Below, in pieces: positions 28,292 through 36,308 of a DNA stretch of 59,382 bases. The stretch covers positions 22,882 through 82,263 of the forward strand of contig CAYQFU010000001.1 in NCBI GenBank assembly GCA_964416775.1, in the 5' to 3' direction. Each line of letters opens with the position of its first letter. Position 1 is the first letter of the stretch. Both the position numbers and the translations under genes were made by a program. The DNA comes from an uncultured Ktedonobacterales bacterium (lineage in GTDB: Bacteria > Chloroflexota > Ktedonobacteria > Ktedonobacterales > JADMIN01). Under the pieces are notes generated by a model. That model was not told where the DNA came from and did no database searches. It saw only the letters and a program-made list of their open reading frames with translations.

Positions 28292-28921
28292 ATGCGGTAC
28301 GTATCTGCAGCTGCCGCAATGGTTGTGGCCATGCTGCTGCTGCCTACGCTGTCCGGTTGCGGAGCCGCAACGAGGTCGGGCCACACGGGCGCAGGCACGC
28401 CAACGGCGACGTCGGCTCCTCCTACCGCCACCGCGGGTCCACCTACTCCCACCCCAACCGTGATGGAGCAGCGCCTCGATGCGCTCGTCCAGCCGGCCAT
28501 CGGCACGCTAGCCCACGACGTCTTTGTCCGCTTCGACCCTGTGACCGAAGCAGCCAGCGTAACGGCGACGGTCAACCCCGGGCCAGACACGCCGACGACA
28601 CAGGAGCTCGTGAAGACGGTGGCCTTTCGTGCGCTCAAAGCGCTGTGGACCAGCGGTGTGGCCTCCAAGGACGTCTCCGTGGCTGTGCTGGGACCCTTCC
28701 AGGACGATTTTGGCAATCAGGTCCTCCAGGCTTACGGATCGGCCGATGTAACCGCGCAGACAGCGGCAAAGCTGAACTGGGCCAGCCTGACACCCGATAC
28801 GGCGTGGAACGCCTACACAGCCGTGTTCCTGGCGCCGAGCTACGCGGCTGGGCAGTACTGGGGCCTGCCCACTCCGACGCCCTATGGCGCGATCGACACG
28901 CCGGCGCGCCTGGCGGCCTGA
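28292..28921 (+). CDS. hypothetical lipoprotein A (paralog of 28977..29618)
   Basis: ATG at 28292 after AAGGGGG. Signal/lipobox 'LLLPTLSGC', Pro/Thr linker, 'EQRLDALVQPAIG', 'ALWTSG', 'VSVAVLGP', 'QAYGS', 'LTPDTAW'. Confidence 0.65.
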   Translation: MRYVSAAAAMVVAMLLLPTLSGCGAATRSGHTGAGTPTATSAPPTATAGPPTPTPTVMEQRLDALVQPAIGTLAHDVFVRFDPVTEAASVTATVNPGPDTPTTQELVKTVAFRALKALWTSGVASKDVSVAVLGPFQDDFGNQVLQAYGSADVTAQTAAKLNWASLTPDTAWNAYTAVFLAPSYAAGQYWGLPTPTPYGAIDTPARLAA

Positions 28922-28922
28922 C

Positions 28923-28966
28923 GCAGTCCCGCGGGACTGCGCCACGAGCAGCTGTCATACGCTGCT
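28923..28966. terminator. two hairpins between the convergent lipoprotein genes
   Basis: 18-nt perfect palindrome GCAGTCCCGCGGGACTGC (28923-28940) and AGCAGC-tgtcatac-GCTGCT (28947-28966). No strong U-tract. Confidence 0.4.
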
Positions 28967-28976
28967 GGAAGCCGCC

Positions 28977-29618
28977 TCAGTTCACGTCACTGTAATCTGC
29001 CCGCAGATAGGTGCTGTCATACTTGTCCCATGCGACATCAGGGGTCAACGTGCTCCAGGCGAAGGGTGTCGCGGTGGCGCCCTTCAAGACCACACTGCCG
29101 TAGGCCTGGGATGTGAGGTTTGCGTATTGGTCGAGCACCGGCCCCGATACGGCGACACTTACCTGGCTGAGTGGGGAGGTGCCGCTGGTCCACAACGCCT
29201 GCTCTACCTCGAAGCAAATGGTCTTCACTCTTTCCTGAGCGGCAGCGATATCCGCGTTTTGCGTTGGCACGATCCCCTTGATCGGCACGACGGCGCCATA
29301 CGTGATCTCCACGTCGGTCGTGCCGTCCGCGGCGCGGTATGTCGTCTGGACCTGCACCGCGCCCATGCCGATGGCCTGCCAGACAAGCGTATCGAGGCGC
29401 TGCTCCTCCGTCGTCGGCGTCGGTGTAAGCGGGTTGGCCGTATAGGTGGGAGGGATCACCGACTGCGTTGGTAAGGGCGTACCCCCACCGGCACGTCCTG
29501 TTCCCGTCGGGCTTCCACAGCCGGCCAAGACGGCGACGAACATCGAGACAAGCATGCCGGCGACGCCACACCGCCACGCGACCGTGCCGCGTGCAACGCG
29601 TGTATGCCAAACCGCCAT
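28977..29618 (-). CDS. hypothetical lipoprotein B (paralog of 28292..28921)
   Basis: 213 aa. Lipobox 'VLAGC', Pro/Thr linker, 'EQRLDTLVWQAIG', 'ALWTSG', 'VSVAVSGP', 'QAYGS', 'LTPDVAW'. Confidence 0.65.
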   Translation of the reverse strand: MAVWHTRVARGTVAWRCGVAGMLVSMFVAVLAGCGSPTGTGRAGGGTPLPTQSVIPPTYTANPLTPTPTTEEQRLDTLVWQAIGMGAVQVQTTYRAADGTTDVEITYGAVVPIKGIVPTQNADIAAAQERVKTICFEVEQALWTSGTSPLSQVSVAVSGPVLDQYANLTSQAYGSVVLKGATATPFAWSTLTPDVAWDKYDSTYLRADYSDVN

Positions 29619-29700
29619 CGCGACACCAGCTTCCTAATCACGCCAACAGCGTCGAGTGTTTGAGAGAACCCGCAGCTTCTGCGAAAGCTCGGTCGGGCGG

Positions 29701-29746
29701 AGTGTAACAGAGAGCTGCGCGGCCGATCAAGGAATGGTTTCAAAAC
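29701..29746 (-). promoter_or_regulatory. promoter-like module P2
   Basis: Minus strand reads GTTTTGAAAC (29746-29737), N6, TTGATC (29730-29725), N18, TACACT (29706-29701). Lies 83 nt upstream of lipoprotein B. Confidence 0.5.
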
Positions 29747-29751
29747 TTGGA

Positions 29752-30156
29752 TCACGCGCTACTCGTTCCGCGCCTTCGTGTGGAGGGTACGAAGTCCTGG
29801 TCTGACCGCGAGTACACACATCGGCTGTCCACAAAAGAAAGCGCCCATGCCTGCTTTCCATGCGCGTCGAGCGTGTCGAACAGGACGTGCCAGATACGCT
29901 CCCAGGTGCCATCGGCTTCCCACTGCCTGAAGCGGCGCCAGCACGTAATGGGGCTGCCATAGACGGCAGGCAGGTCGCGCCAGCGGCAGCCCGACCGCAA
30001 CACATACAGGATGCCGTCCAGCGTGCTCCTGTCGTCGGCGCGCGGGCGTCCCTCCTTGTTGGGTGGAGGCAGGAGCGGCTGAAGCAGTTCCCATTGCTCC
30101 TCGGAGAGCGGTGTTGCGGCCAACGACAGCTCTCGACGCTTGACCACGTCTGCCAT
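29752..30156 (-). mobile_element. IS5-family (DUF4096-type N-terminal) transposase remnant, truncated
   Basis: 'MADVVKRRELSLAATPLSEEQWELLQPLLPPPNKEGRPRADDRSTLDGILYVLRSGCRWRDLPAVYGSPITCWRRFRQWEADGTWERIW' matches the conserved N-terminal region of IS5/IS4-type transposases. The sequence stops before any DDE region. No inverted repeats were identified. Confidence 0.65.
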
Positions 30157-30474
30157 CGCGCGCCATAGCGCCACCAGACTCCGGTACGACTCATCAAAGT
30201 GCCGGACCGCGATTTCCTGGAGCAGGTCGGCTTCGCCGGGTAGGATGATGGCTTCCTGCCAGCGCTCGCCGACAAACGCACGAAGACTGTCGAGGTCGCG
30301 CCAGAGGGACACCAATACGAAATCGTTGGGTCTCTCCTCGCGCACGTGTTCGATGCGGGCGCTCAAGCACCCTGGCTGGTCGCGCATCAATGGGAGAGCA
30401 GCTTCGCGGCAAAGGCGCTCGTACTCGCCGCGCATGCCGGGCTTGAGTCGCGCGGCAAAGACGCGGATGATCAT
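29752..30474 (-). CDS. ABM (antibiotic-biosynthesis-monooxygenase-like) domain ORF reading through into a transposase remnant
   Basis: ATG at 30474 after GAGGTGG. The first ~97 aa, 'MIIRVFAARLKPG...FVLVSLWRDLDSLRAFVGERW...RHFDESY', are ABM/ferredoxin-like. The ORF then continues in frame into 'LSEEQWELLQPLLPP...GRPRADDRSTLDGILYVLRSGCRWRDLP'. Confidence 0.6.
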   Translation of the reverse strand: MIIRVFAARLKPGMRGEYERLCREAALPLMRDQPGCLSARIEHVREERPNDFVLVSLWRDLDSLRAFVGERWQEAIILPGEADLLQEIAVRHFDESYRSLVALWRAMADVVKRRELSLAATPLSEEQWELLQPLLPPPNKEGRPRADDRSTLDGILYVLRSGCRWRDLPAVYGSPITCWRRFRQWEADGTWERIWHVLFDTLDAHGKQAWALSFVDSRCVYSRSDQDFVPSTRRRGTSSA

Positions 30475-30776
30475 GTGCCACCTCACTATCCAGCGAGCGT
30501 GAATGGGCAGTATGTGTAGGCGGGCGATGGGGGTGGACCTGGACACACGAGCGGCGTCGGTGGACTGGTCGGCGGCGGGAGCTGTGCCAGCATCTCGGGG
30601 CGGTACACGCCTGTCCGCTCCACTCGTGGGCGGCTCCGGGTCGAAGCGCTCGCTCACCACGAGACGCGCGTTCGGCCCAGTTTGATCTTGCCACAGGCCG
30701 ATGACAAAGGTATACCATCCGGGTGTGGGCATAGTGCGCCCATTCACCCATGTCGCTTGCACTTCCCGCTGGCGGG

Positions 30777-30822
30777 AGTCTAGCATGGAGGCAGACCAGC
30801 GCTCAAGGTTTCGTTTCAAAAC
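30777..30822 (-). promoter_or_regulatory. promoter-like module P3
   Basis: Minus strand reads GTTTTGAAAC (30822-30813), N6, TTGAGC (30806-30801), N18, TAGACT (30782-30777). Lies ~300 nt upstream of the ABM ORF. Confidence 0.45.
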
Positions 30823-30904
30823 CCCTCGACTCGTCCCTTGATTGGCTGACGAGTAAGAGTGGATGGGGTGGTCCGTGTGCGGGTAGCCTGGAAAGGAAAC
30901 GCAC

Positions 30905-32305
30905 GTGCCGCAGGACCAGGGACGCGAGTCCGGAGACGGGTTTCGCGCGGAGCTGAGCGACCTACGAACTCCTCCAGGGCCGGCGGGGGACGCGCCTGGA
31001 GATGGCGCACACCTGCCCTGGCAGCGGCGCTCTTCTCCGGGGCGCCGGGTGAGCCGGCTCGTCGTGCTGCTTGCGATCGGCCTGGTGGCCGCCGTGCTCA
31101 TCGCGGCGAACCTTCCGGGCGCACGGAGCGCGGCGATCGGCCTCTTCATCCGCCCGACGCCGACGCAGACCCAGCCACCCAATGTTGGCGACTATTACCT
31201 CCTGCCGAATCCTCCCGGCGTGACCGTGTGGTTAGATGGCTCGCCCGTGCCGACGCCGCCGCTGCCCGGGACGCGGCCGTTGCACCTCACGGCCGGACGC
31301 CACAATCTCGAATGGCTCCCAGGGTGGTTCCCGTTCAACGAGGAGTCGTGCGTGGTGAGCGTGCCGCGCACCGGCGATGACACGTGCGCGTTCCAGCCAG
31401 GCTACTCGCTCCCGGCGAGCCTGATACCGGCGGGGATTAACGCGATCTACCTCACCGTCATCGAGACGCGTGAGTCGCTGACAACGCTGCCCGCCAGCCA
31501 GGCGAGCGCACTGACGGGCGCCATTCAAGCGGTGCTGGATGCGCGAACGTCCACCACAACTGTCGCGCCGGGCGAGCACTACTACTCCTACACGCCGAAC
31601 GGGAGCGGCCGGGTGACGGTGGCGACCCAACCGCTGCGTGCCACGCTGCGTCTGGTGCTGCGCGGACCGGGTGCGCCGGGGACATGCGCGCTCGCGTCGG
31701 GCGCTCCGCAACCCTGCCGCGCTCCCGGCCAGGACTGCTCAGAGTTCTGTACCCTCACCAACCCATCGCTCGCGCTCTCGGGATACACCTGGCCGGCAGG
31801 AGTGGTCGTCTCGGCGGACTGGACATACACGACGCTTGCGGGACAGGTGGTGGCGCAGCATGTTGGTGAACCCGGACTGAACGCGAATCTGGCGGTCATG
31901 CTGCTGGATTGGGACGGCTCACAGTGGTCCGTGACCCCGGTTATCGGCAACCGCGTGAGCACCCCCGAAGCAGACGACGCGTTGTGCGATCCGGCGCGTA
32001 ACTGGCTAGCGAGCGGGCCACTCTCCGGGTTGCTGCGCGCGGCCGATGCGGGCACGGGACAGCACGCCACGTTTCGGTATGCGTCGTCCCAGGAGTTGAC
32101 GGGCGGGTGCGTAGTGCGCATCTCGAATTATGGGCAAGGCGGGACGGCCCCGGCGGGACCGCCCGCGCTCTTCCTGGAGCGCTTCGGCGTGCTGCTGGCG
32201 GTGAACGGTGCCGCGCATGTGCTCTGGCCTGGACTACCGCACGCCGACGCAGCGGAAGTCGCCGACGCGGCGCAATTGGCCAACTCAGCAAATATCTCAT
32301 ATTAG
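30905..32305 (+). CDS. hypothetical single-pass membrane protein with PEGA-like and Cys-containing extracytoplasmic region
   Basis: 466 aa with GTG start. Disordered N-terminus, TM 'LVVLLAIGLVAAVLIAANL', 'PPGVTVWLDGSPV...LHLTAGRHNLEW' (PEGA-like). Several Cys pairs. Confidence 0.55.
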   Translation: MPQDQGRESGDGFRAELSDLRTPPGPAGDAPGDGAHLPWQRRSSPGRRVSRLVVLLAIGLVAAVLIAANLPGARSAAIGLFIRPTPTQTQPPNVGDYYLLPNPPGVTVWLDGSPVPTPPLPGTRPLHLTAGRHNLEWLPGWFPFNEESCVVSVPRTGDDTCAFQPGYSLPASLIPAGINAIYLTVIETRESLTTLPASQASALTGAIQAVLDARTSTTTVAPGEHYYSYTPNGSGRVTVATQPLRATLRLVLRGPGAPGTCALASGAPQPCRAPGQDCSEFCTLTNPSLALSGYTWPAGVVVSADWTYTTLAGQVVAQHVGEPGLNANLAVMLLDWDGSQWSVTPVIGNRVSTPEADDALCDPARNWLASGPLSGLLRAADAGTGQHATFRYASSQELTGGCVVRISNYGQGGTAPAGPPALFLERFGVLLAVNGAAHVLWPGLPHADAAEVADAAQLANSANISY

Positions 32306-32436
32306 GATAGAGTGAGAGATTTCGCATAGTCGGCGCGTAGTAGTAATAACCGCACGTGGGGGGAGACTGCCTCCTGGCGCGGTCTGTTGGCTTCATAGTC
32401 CCGCGTGCAGGCGGAACAGAGGAGGCATCGTACCGT

Positions 32437-33708
32437 ATGCGAATGTTCTTTCGCGCTAGCTCGGTGTTGGTAGGAGCGGCCCTCGCGGTGGGGGCGCTGG
32501 CAGGTTGTGGCGGCGGTGGCGGCGGCGGTGGCGCCACGAATGCCTGTTCAGGTCCCATTCAACTTGTGACGGAGTTTGCCGTATCCGGGACCGACGCCGG
32601 CGCGCAATTGCCCGCCCAATACGGCGTCGATCTGGCGGTCCAGCAGAACTCCAACCTGGGCCATGGTTGTACACTCTCGGTCAAGCATGACAACTATGAG
32701 GGCACGAGCGGCGTTGACGCCTCTATCGGCGCCAGCAATGCCACGGCAGATGCATCGGATTCCTCGATCGTTGCGATGGTAGGCACGTTCAACAGCGGTG
32801 TGGCGAAGGTGGTCATTCCGATCGCCACGCGGGCGCATCTGGTCATGATTAGCCCGGCCAACACCAACCCTGGTCTGACGTTGCAGCAGTACGCGCAGGC
32901 CAACGGCATTACCTTCACGACGTTGCACCCCGCCGGCTACCCAGAGGCCTATTTCCGGATCCCAGGCAATGACGTCGTGCAGGGCAAGGTGGACGCGCAG
33001 ATCGCGGCGGCAGCGCCAATCAATTGTAAGTCCGCCTACTTCGTAGACGATGACAGCACGTACGGCATTGGCCTCGCCAACTACACGACGAGCACGTTCA
33101 CGGCCAATGGCGGGACTGCTCTGGGGCGGTCGTCCATCCAGGCAACGCAGGCGAGCAGCTTCCCGTCGCTGGCGTCGCGCATCAATAGCACGCACCCTAA
33201 CTGCGTGTTCCTGGACGGCGTCACCTCCGGCGGTCTTGGTCTGCTGAAGAAGGACCTGGTGGCAGCTGGCTACACCGGCCCAGTTATCGGCGGCGACGGC
33301 ATTGCCCAGGATCCTTCCTGGTTCACGGCGGCAGGCTCGGCCGCGGCCAACTCGTACGGCAGCGTGATGGCACCGGATACCTCGCAGTTCACCTCCGGCA
33401 CGTCAGCCGCGTTCCTCAGCGCATACAAGGCCGCCTTCCCAGGCAAGGACATCACCCCGTATAGCGCGATGTCCTATGATGCGGCGATGATCGAGATCAC
33501 CGCCATCAAGAACGTGATCGCGGCGGGCAAGCAGGTCACCCGCGAGAACGTCCGCGCCGCGGTCCAGTCCATCAGCTTCCCCGGCGTCACCGGCCAAATC
33601 TCGTTCGACCAGAACGGTGACAACTCGGGCAACAAGGTGTACAGCATCTACGCGATCACCAGTTCCGCGCCCACCACATGGGCCTTCCAGTCATCTGGAA
33701 ACGTCTAG
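32437..33708 (+). CDS. branched-chain amino-acid ABC transporter substrate-binding lipoprotein
   Basis: ATG at 32437 after GGAGG. Lipobox 'ALAGCGGGGGGGG'. 'MVGTFNSGVAKVVIPIA', 'MISPANTNPGLT', type-1 PBP pattern. Followed by livHMGF. Confidence 0.9.
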   Translation: MRMFFRASSVLVGAALAVGALAGCGGGGGGGGATNACSGPIQLVTEFAVSGTDAGAQLPAQYGVDLAVQQNSNLGHGCTLSVKHDNYEGTSGVDASIGASNATADASDSSIVAMVGTFNSGVAKVVIPIATRAHLVMISPANTNPGLTLQQYAQANGITFTTLHPAGYPEAYFRIPGNDVVQGKVDAQIAAAAPINCKSAYFVDDDSTYGIGLANYTTSTFTANGGTALGRSSIQATQASSFPSLASRINSTHPNCVFLDGVTSGGLGLLKKDLVAAGYTGPVIGGDGIAQDPSWFTAAGSAAANSYGSVMAPDTSQFTSGTSAAFLSAYKAAFPGKDITPYSAMSYDAAMIEITAIKNVIAAGKQVTRENVRAAVQSISFPGVTGQISFDQNGDNSGNKVYSIYAITSSAPTTWAFQSSGNV

Positions 33709-33739
33709 CGACATCCGCTTGATGCGTGTCGCATAACGT

Positions 33740-33797
33740 GCGATGATGTGCGGAGCAGGCTTTTGAGCGAAAGTTTGCTCCGCACGCGCATCATCGC
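33740..33797 (+). other. long intercistronic stem-loop after the binding-protein gene
   Basis: GCGATGATGTGCGGAGCA ... TGCTCCGCACgcgCATCATCGC, an ~18-bp interrupted stem. It sits in the 307-nt gap before livH. Confidence 0.6.
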
Positions 33798-34015
33798 GGT
33801 GGCCCCGCCAGTGGCCGCCTGCGCCTGCGTCGTTTCACAGCCTCTCCGGTAAGACGTGAGCCGGAGCCGCGGCAAACTACGCTGGTGGGAGGATGCACAT
33901 CGCTCTCCTGGCTCTGAGCAGCCAGGGGCCGACTGGCGAGGCTCGATTCAACGCATCTCAAACACACCTCACACGCCAGCGTTCATCTGGACGCGCTCAC
34001 AGGTGGGTGGCACAC

Positions 34016-34981
34016 ATGTACGTATTGGCGCTCGCCGCGGCGGGCTCTTCAGGCATCTTGAACCTCCTCCAATCCATCGAGATTGGCATCACCGCCGGTG
34101 CCATCTACGCGCTCGTTGCCCTCGGCTATACGATGGTGTATGGCATCATCGAGCTGATCAATTTTGCGCATGGCGACGTCTTCATGTGGGGCACCGTCAT
34201 CACCTTCGTGTTAGTCACCGCGCTCAGGTTGGATCACACACTTGGCGGCTGGCAGCTCGTTGGGACGCTCGCCTTGCTGATCGTAGTGGCGAGCGTGTTC
34301 TGTGGGGTCCTCAATGTGGCCATCGAGCGACTGGCCTACCGGCCCTTGCGTCGGGCGCCGCGACTCGCGCCGCTGATCGCCGCGATCGGTGTGTCCTTTA
34401 TCCTTGAGAATATCGCGGAGTTGTGGCGCGGGCCCGGTCAGGTCGCCTTTCCAGATGTCTTCCCGAGCACCGCGCTCATCAATATCAACGAGACGTTCGT
34501 CGTGGAATACCGGGACATTTTCATTGTCGTGCTGGCCGTCGTGATCATGCTCGCTCTCGGCCAGTTCATTCGTGCCACAAAGCTCGGCCGCGCGATGCGT
34601 GCCACTGCGCAGGATCCCGAGGCAGCGCAGCTCATGGGCGTCAACATCAACCGCACGATTGCGGTGACCTTTCTGATCGGCGGGGCGTTGGCGGGGGCGG
34701 GAGCCGTCATCTTCTCGGTGTCCAGTGGTGGATACGTCTGGTTCTTCACGGGCTTCCAGTTTGGCCTGTATGCCTTCACAGCCGCTGTGCTGGGAGGCAT
34801 CGGCAACGTCACGGGCGCCGTTCTCGGCGGCTTCCTCATCGGGCTCGTCCAGGGACTTTCCATTACGTACCTGCCGCAAGGCTCAATCCTCTCGACAGCG
34901 GTCATATTCGCGGTGCTGGTCCTCGTTCTCGTGTTTAGGCCGTCTGGGTTGCTGGGCGCGCAGGTGCCTGACAAGGTGTGA
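34016..34981 (+). CDS. livH: branched-chain amino-acid ABC transporter permease
   Basis: 'GITAGAIYALVALGYTMVYGIIELINFAHGD' and multiple TM helices. The internal ATG at 34016 has AGGTGGGTGG upstream. Confidence 0.9.
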   Translation: MYVLALAAAGSSGILNLLQSIEIGITAGAIYALVALGYTMVYGIIELINFAHGDVFMWGTVITFVLVTALRLDHTLGGWQLVGTLALLIVVASVFCGVLNVAIERLAYRPLRRAPRLAPLIAAIGVSFILENIAELWRGPGQVAFPDVFPSTALININETFVVEYRDIFIVVLAVVIMLALGQFIRATKLGRAMRATAQDPEAAQLMGVNINRTIAVTFLIGGALAGAGAVIFSVSSGGYVWFFTGFQFGLYAFTAAVLGGIGNVTGAVLGGFLIGLVQGLSITYLPQGSILSTAVIFAVLVLVLVFRPSGLLGAQVPDKV

Positions 34982-35000
34982 CAGGAGAGGGGCAGTTCCC

Positions 35001-36308
35001 ATGTCTGTTCAGTCAGGCGTCCGCCGCAAGCCCTCAAAGATGGCAGGCCTGCGATCCATGCTGGAGAACACCCAGGTCGCTGGCCACCCCCTCGCGTGGT
35101 ATCTCTCGGGGTGGCGGCTGGGGGTGTTCTTCCTTGTGGTCATGCTGATCTTCCCGTTGTTAGCAACCTCCAAATTGGTGGTAGATGCTATCGCGGTGGG
35201 CGTCTATGTGATCATGGCGGTGGGGCTGAATATCGTCGTCGGCTACGCGGGACTCCTCGATCTCGGCTACGTCGCCTTCTTCGCGATCGGCGCCTACGCC
35301 GAGGCGACCGGCACATTCGGGGCGCTGCAGATAAACCCGCAAACCGGTCAAACTATCCACACCCCGATGTTTCCGTTCTGGCCGCTGCTCATCCTTGGCG
35401 CGCTGGTCGCTGGGATCTTCGGGGTCTTGCTCGGCGCACCGACCCTGCGCCTGCGCGGCGACTATCTCGCCATCGTGACGCTGGGTTTCGGCGAGATCGT
35501 GCCCGTGTTGTTCAATTACTTCCCCTTCTGGTTTGGCAACACCGGTATGAGCGCTAGCCCGCCGGGTGATATCAACCTGGGTGGGGCGACCATTACGTTC
35601 TCTGATCCGTTGAATCGCGTGCCGTTCTATTATGTTGTGCTGGGCGTAACCGTGCTCGTCATCATTGGATCAGTATCGTTGCGCGACTCGAGTCTGGGGC
35701 GTGCATGGGTTGCCATACGTGAGGACGAGACCGCCGCGGCCAGCTCTGGTGTTAATCTCGTGCGCACCAAGCTGCTCGCCTTTGGCCTCGGCGCCACGAT
35801 GGGAGGACTGGCCGGTGTGCTCTACGCCGCCTTTGTGCAGGCCATTCTGCCCACTGACTTCTCGTTCTACATCTCCATCTCGGTCCTCATCATGATCGTG
35901 CTCGGCGGGTTGGGCAGCATTGGTGGCGTCATCGTCGGCGCGATCATCCTGCGATTTATTGATGTGGATCTGCTAGACCGGATTACCGGCGTGGTCCAGA
36001 GCAGCCCTGTGGTGAACGCACCCGGCTCACCGCTGCACTTCCTGGCCACCTTCGAATTCACCACGGCTAAGTTCCTCATCTACGGAATTATCCTCCTGCT
36101 CATGGTCCTGCTCCGTCCTCAGGGGCTCATCCCGGATGTGCGGCGCAGGCGTGAGCTGCACGGCATTGGCGCCGCGGTAGAGGGCACCTCCGTAATCGGT
36201 GTGTTGGAACGCGAAGAAGCCGGGGCGGAGCTGACACCCGTGGATACCCTGGACCAGACGGCATACGCGGGATCAGGGACCGATGACATAGGGCGGAGTG
36301 GCGAGTGA
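35001..36308 (+). CDS. livM: branched-chain amino-acid ABC transporter permease
   Basis: 'NIVVGYAGLLDLGYVAFFAIGAY', 'PTLRLRGDYLAIVTLGFGEI'. ATG at 35001 after AGGAGAGGGG. Confidence 0.9.
   Translation: MSVQSGVRRKPSKMAGLRSMLENTQVAGHPLAWYLSGWRLGVFFLVVMLIFPLLATSKLVVDAIAVGVYVIMAVGLNIVVGYAGLLDLGYVAFFAIGAYAEATGTFGALQINPQTGQTIHTPMFPFWPLLILGALVAGIFGVLLGAPTLRLRGDYLAIVTLGFGEIVPVLFNYFPFWFGNTGMSASPPGDINLGGATITFSDPLNRVPFYYVVLGVTVLVIIGSVSLRDSSLGRAWVAIREDETAAASSGVNLVRTKLLAFGLGATMGGLAGVLYAAFVQAILPTDFSFYISISVLIMIVLGGLGSIGGVIVGAIILRFIDVDLLDRITGVVQSSPVVNAPGSPLHFLATFEFTTAKFLIYGIILLLMVLLRPQGLIPDVRRRRELHGIGAAVEGTSVIGVLEREEAGAELTPVDTLDQTAYAGSGTDDIGRSGE

Noticed and set aside
29752-31182. Single 476-aa ORF spanning transposase remnant, ABM domain and upstream DNA
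   Set aside because: The N-terminal ~235 codons overlap the divergent 30905 gene and the P3 promoter module, and they have junk composition. Only the part from ATG 30474 has an SD and recognisable domains.
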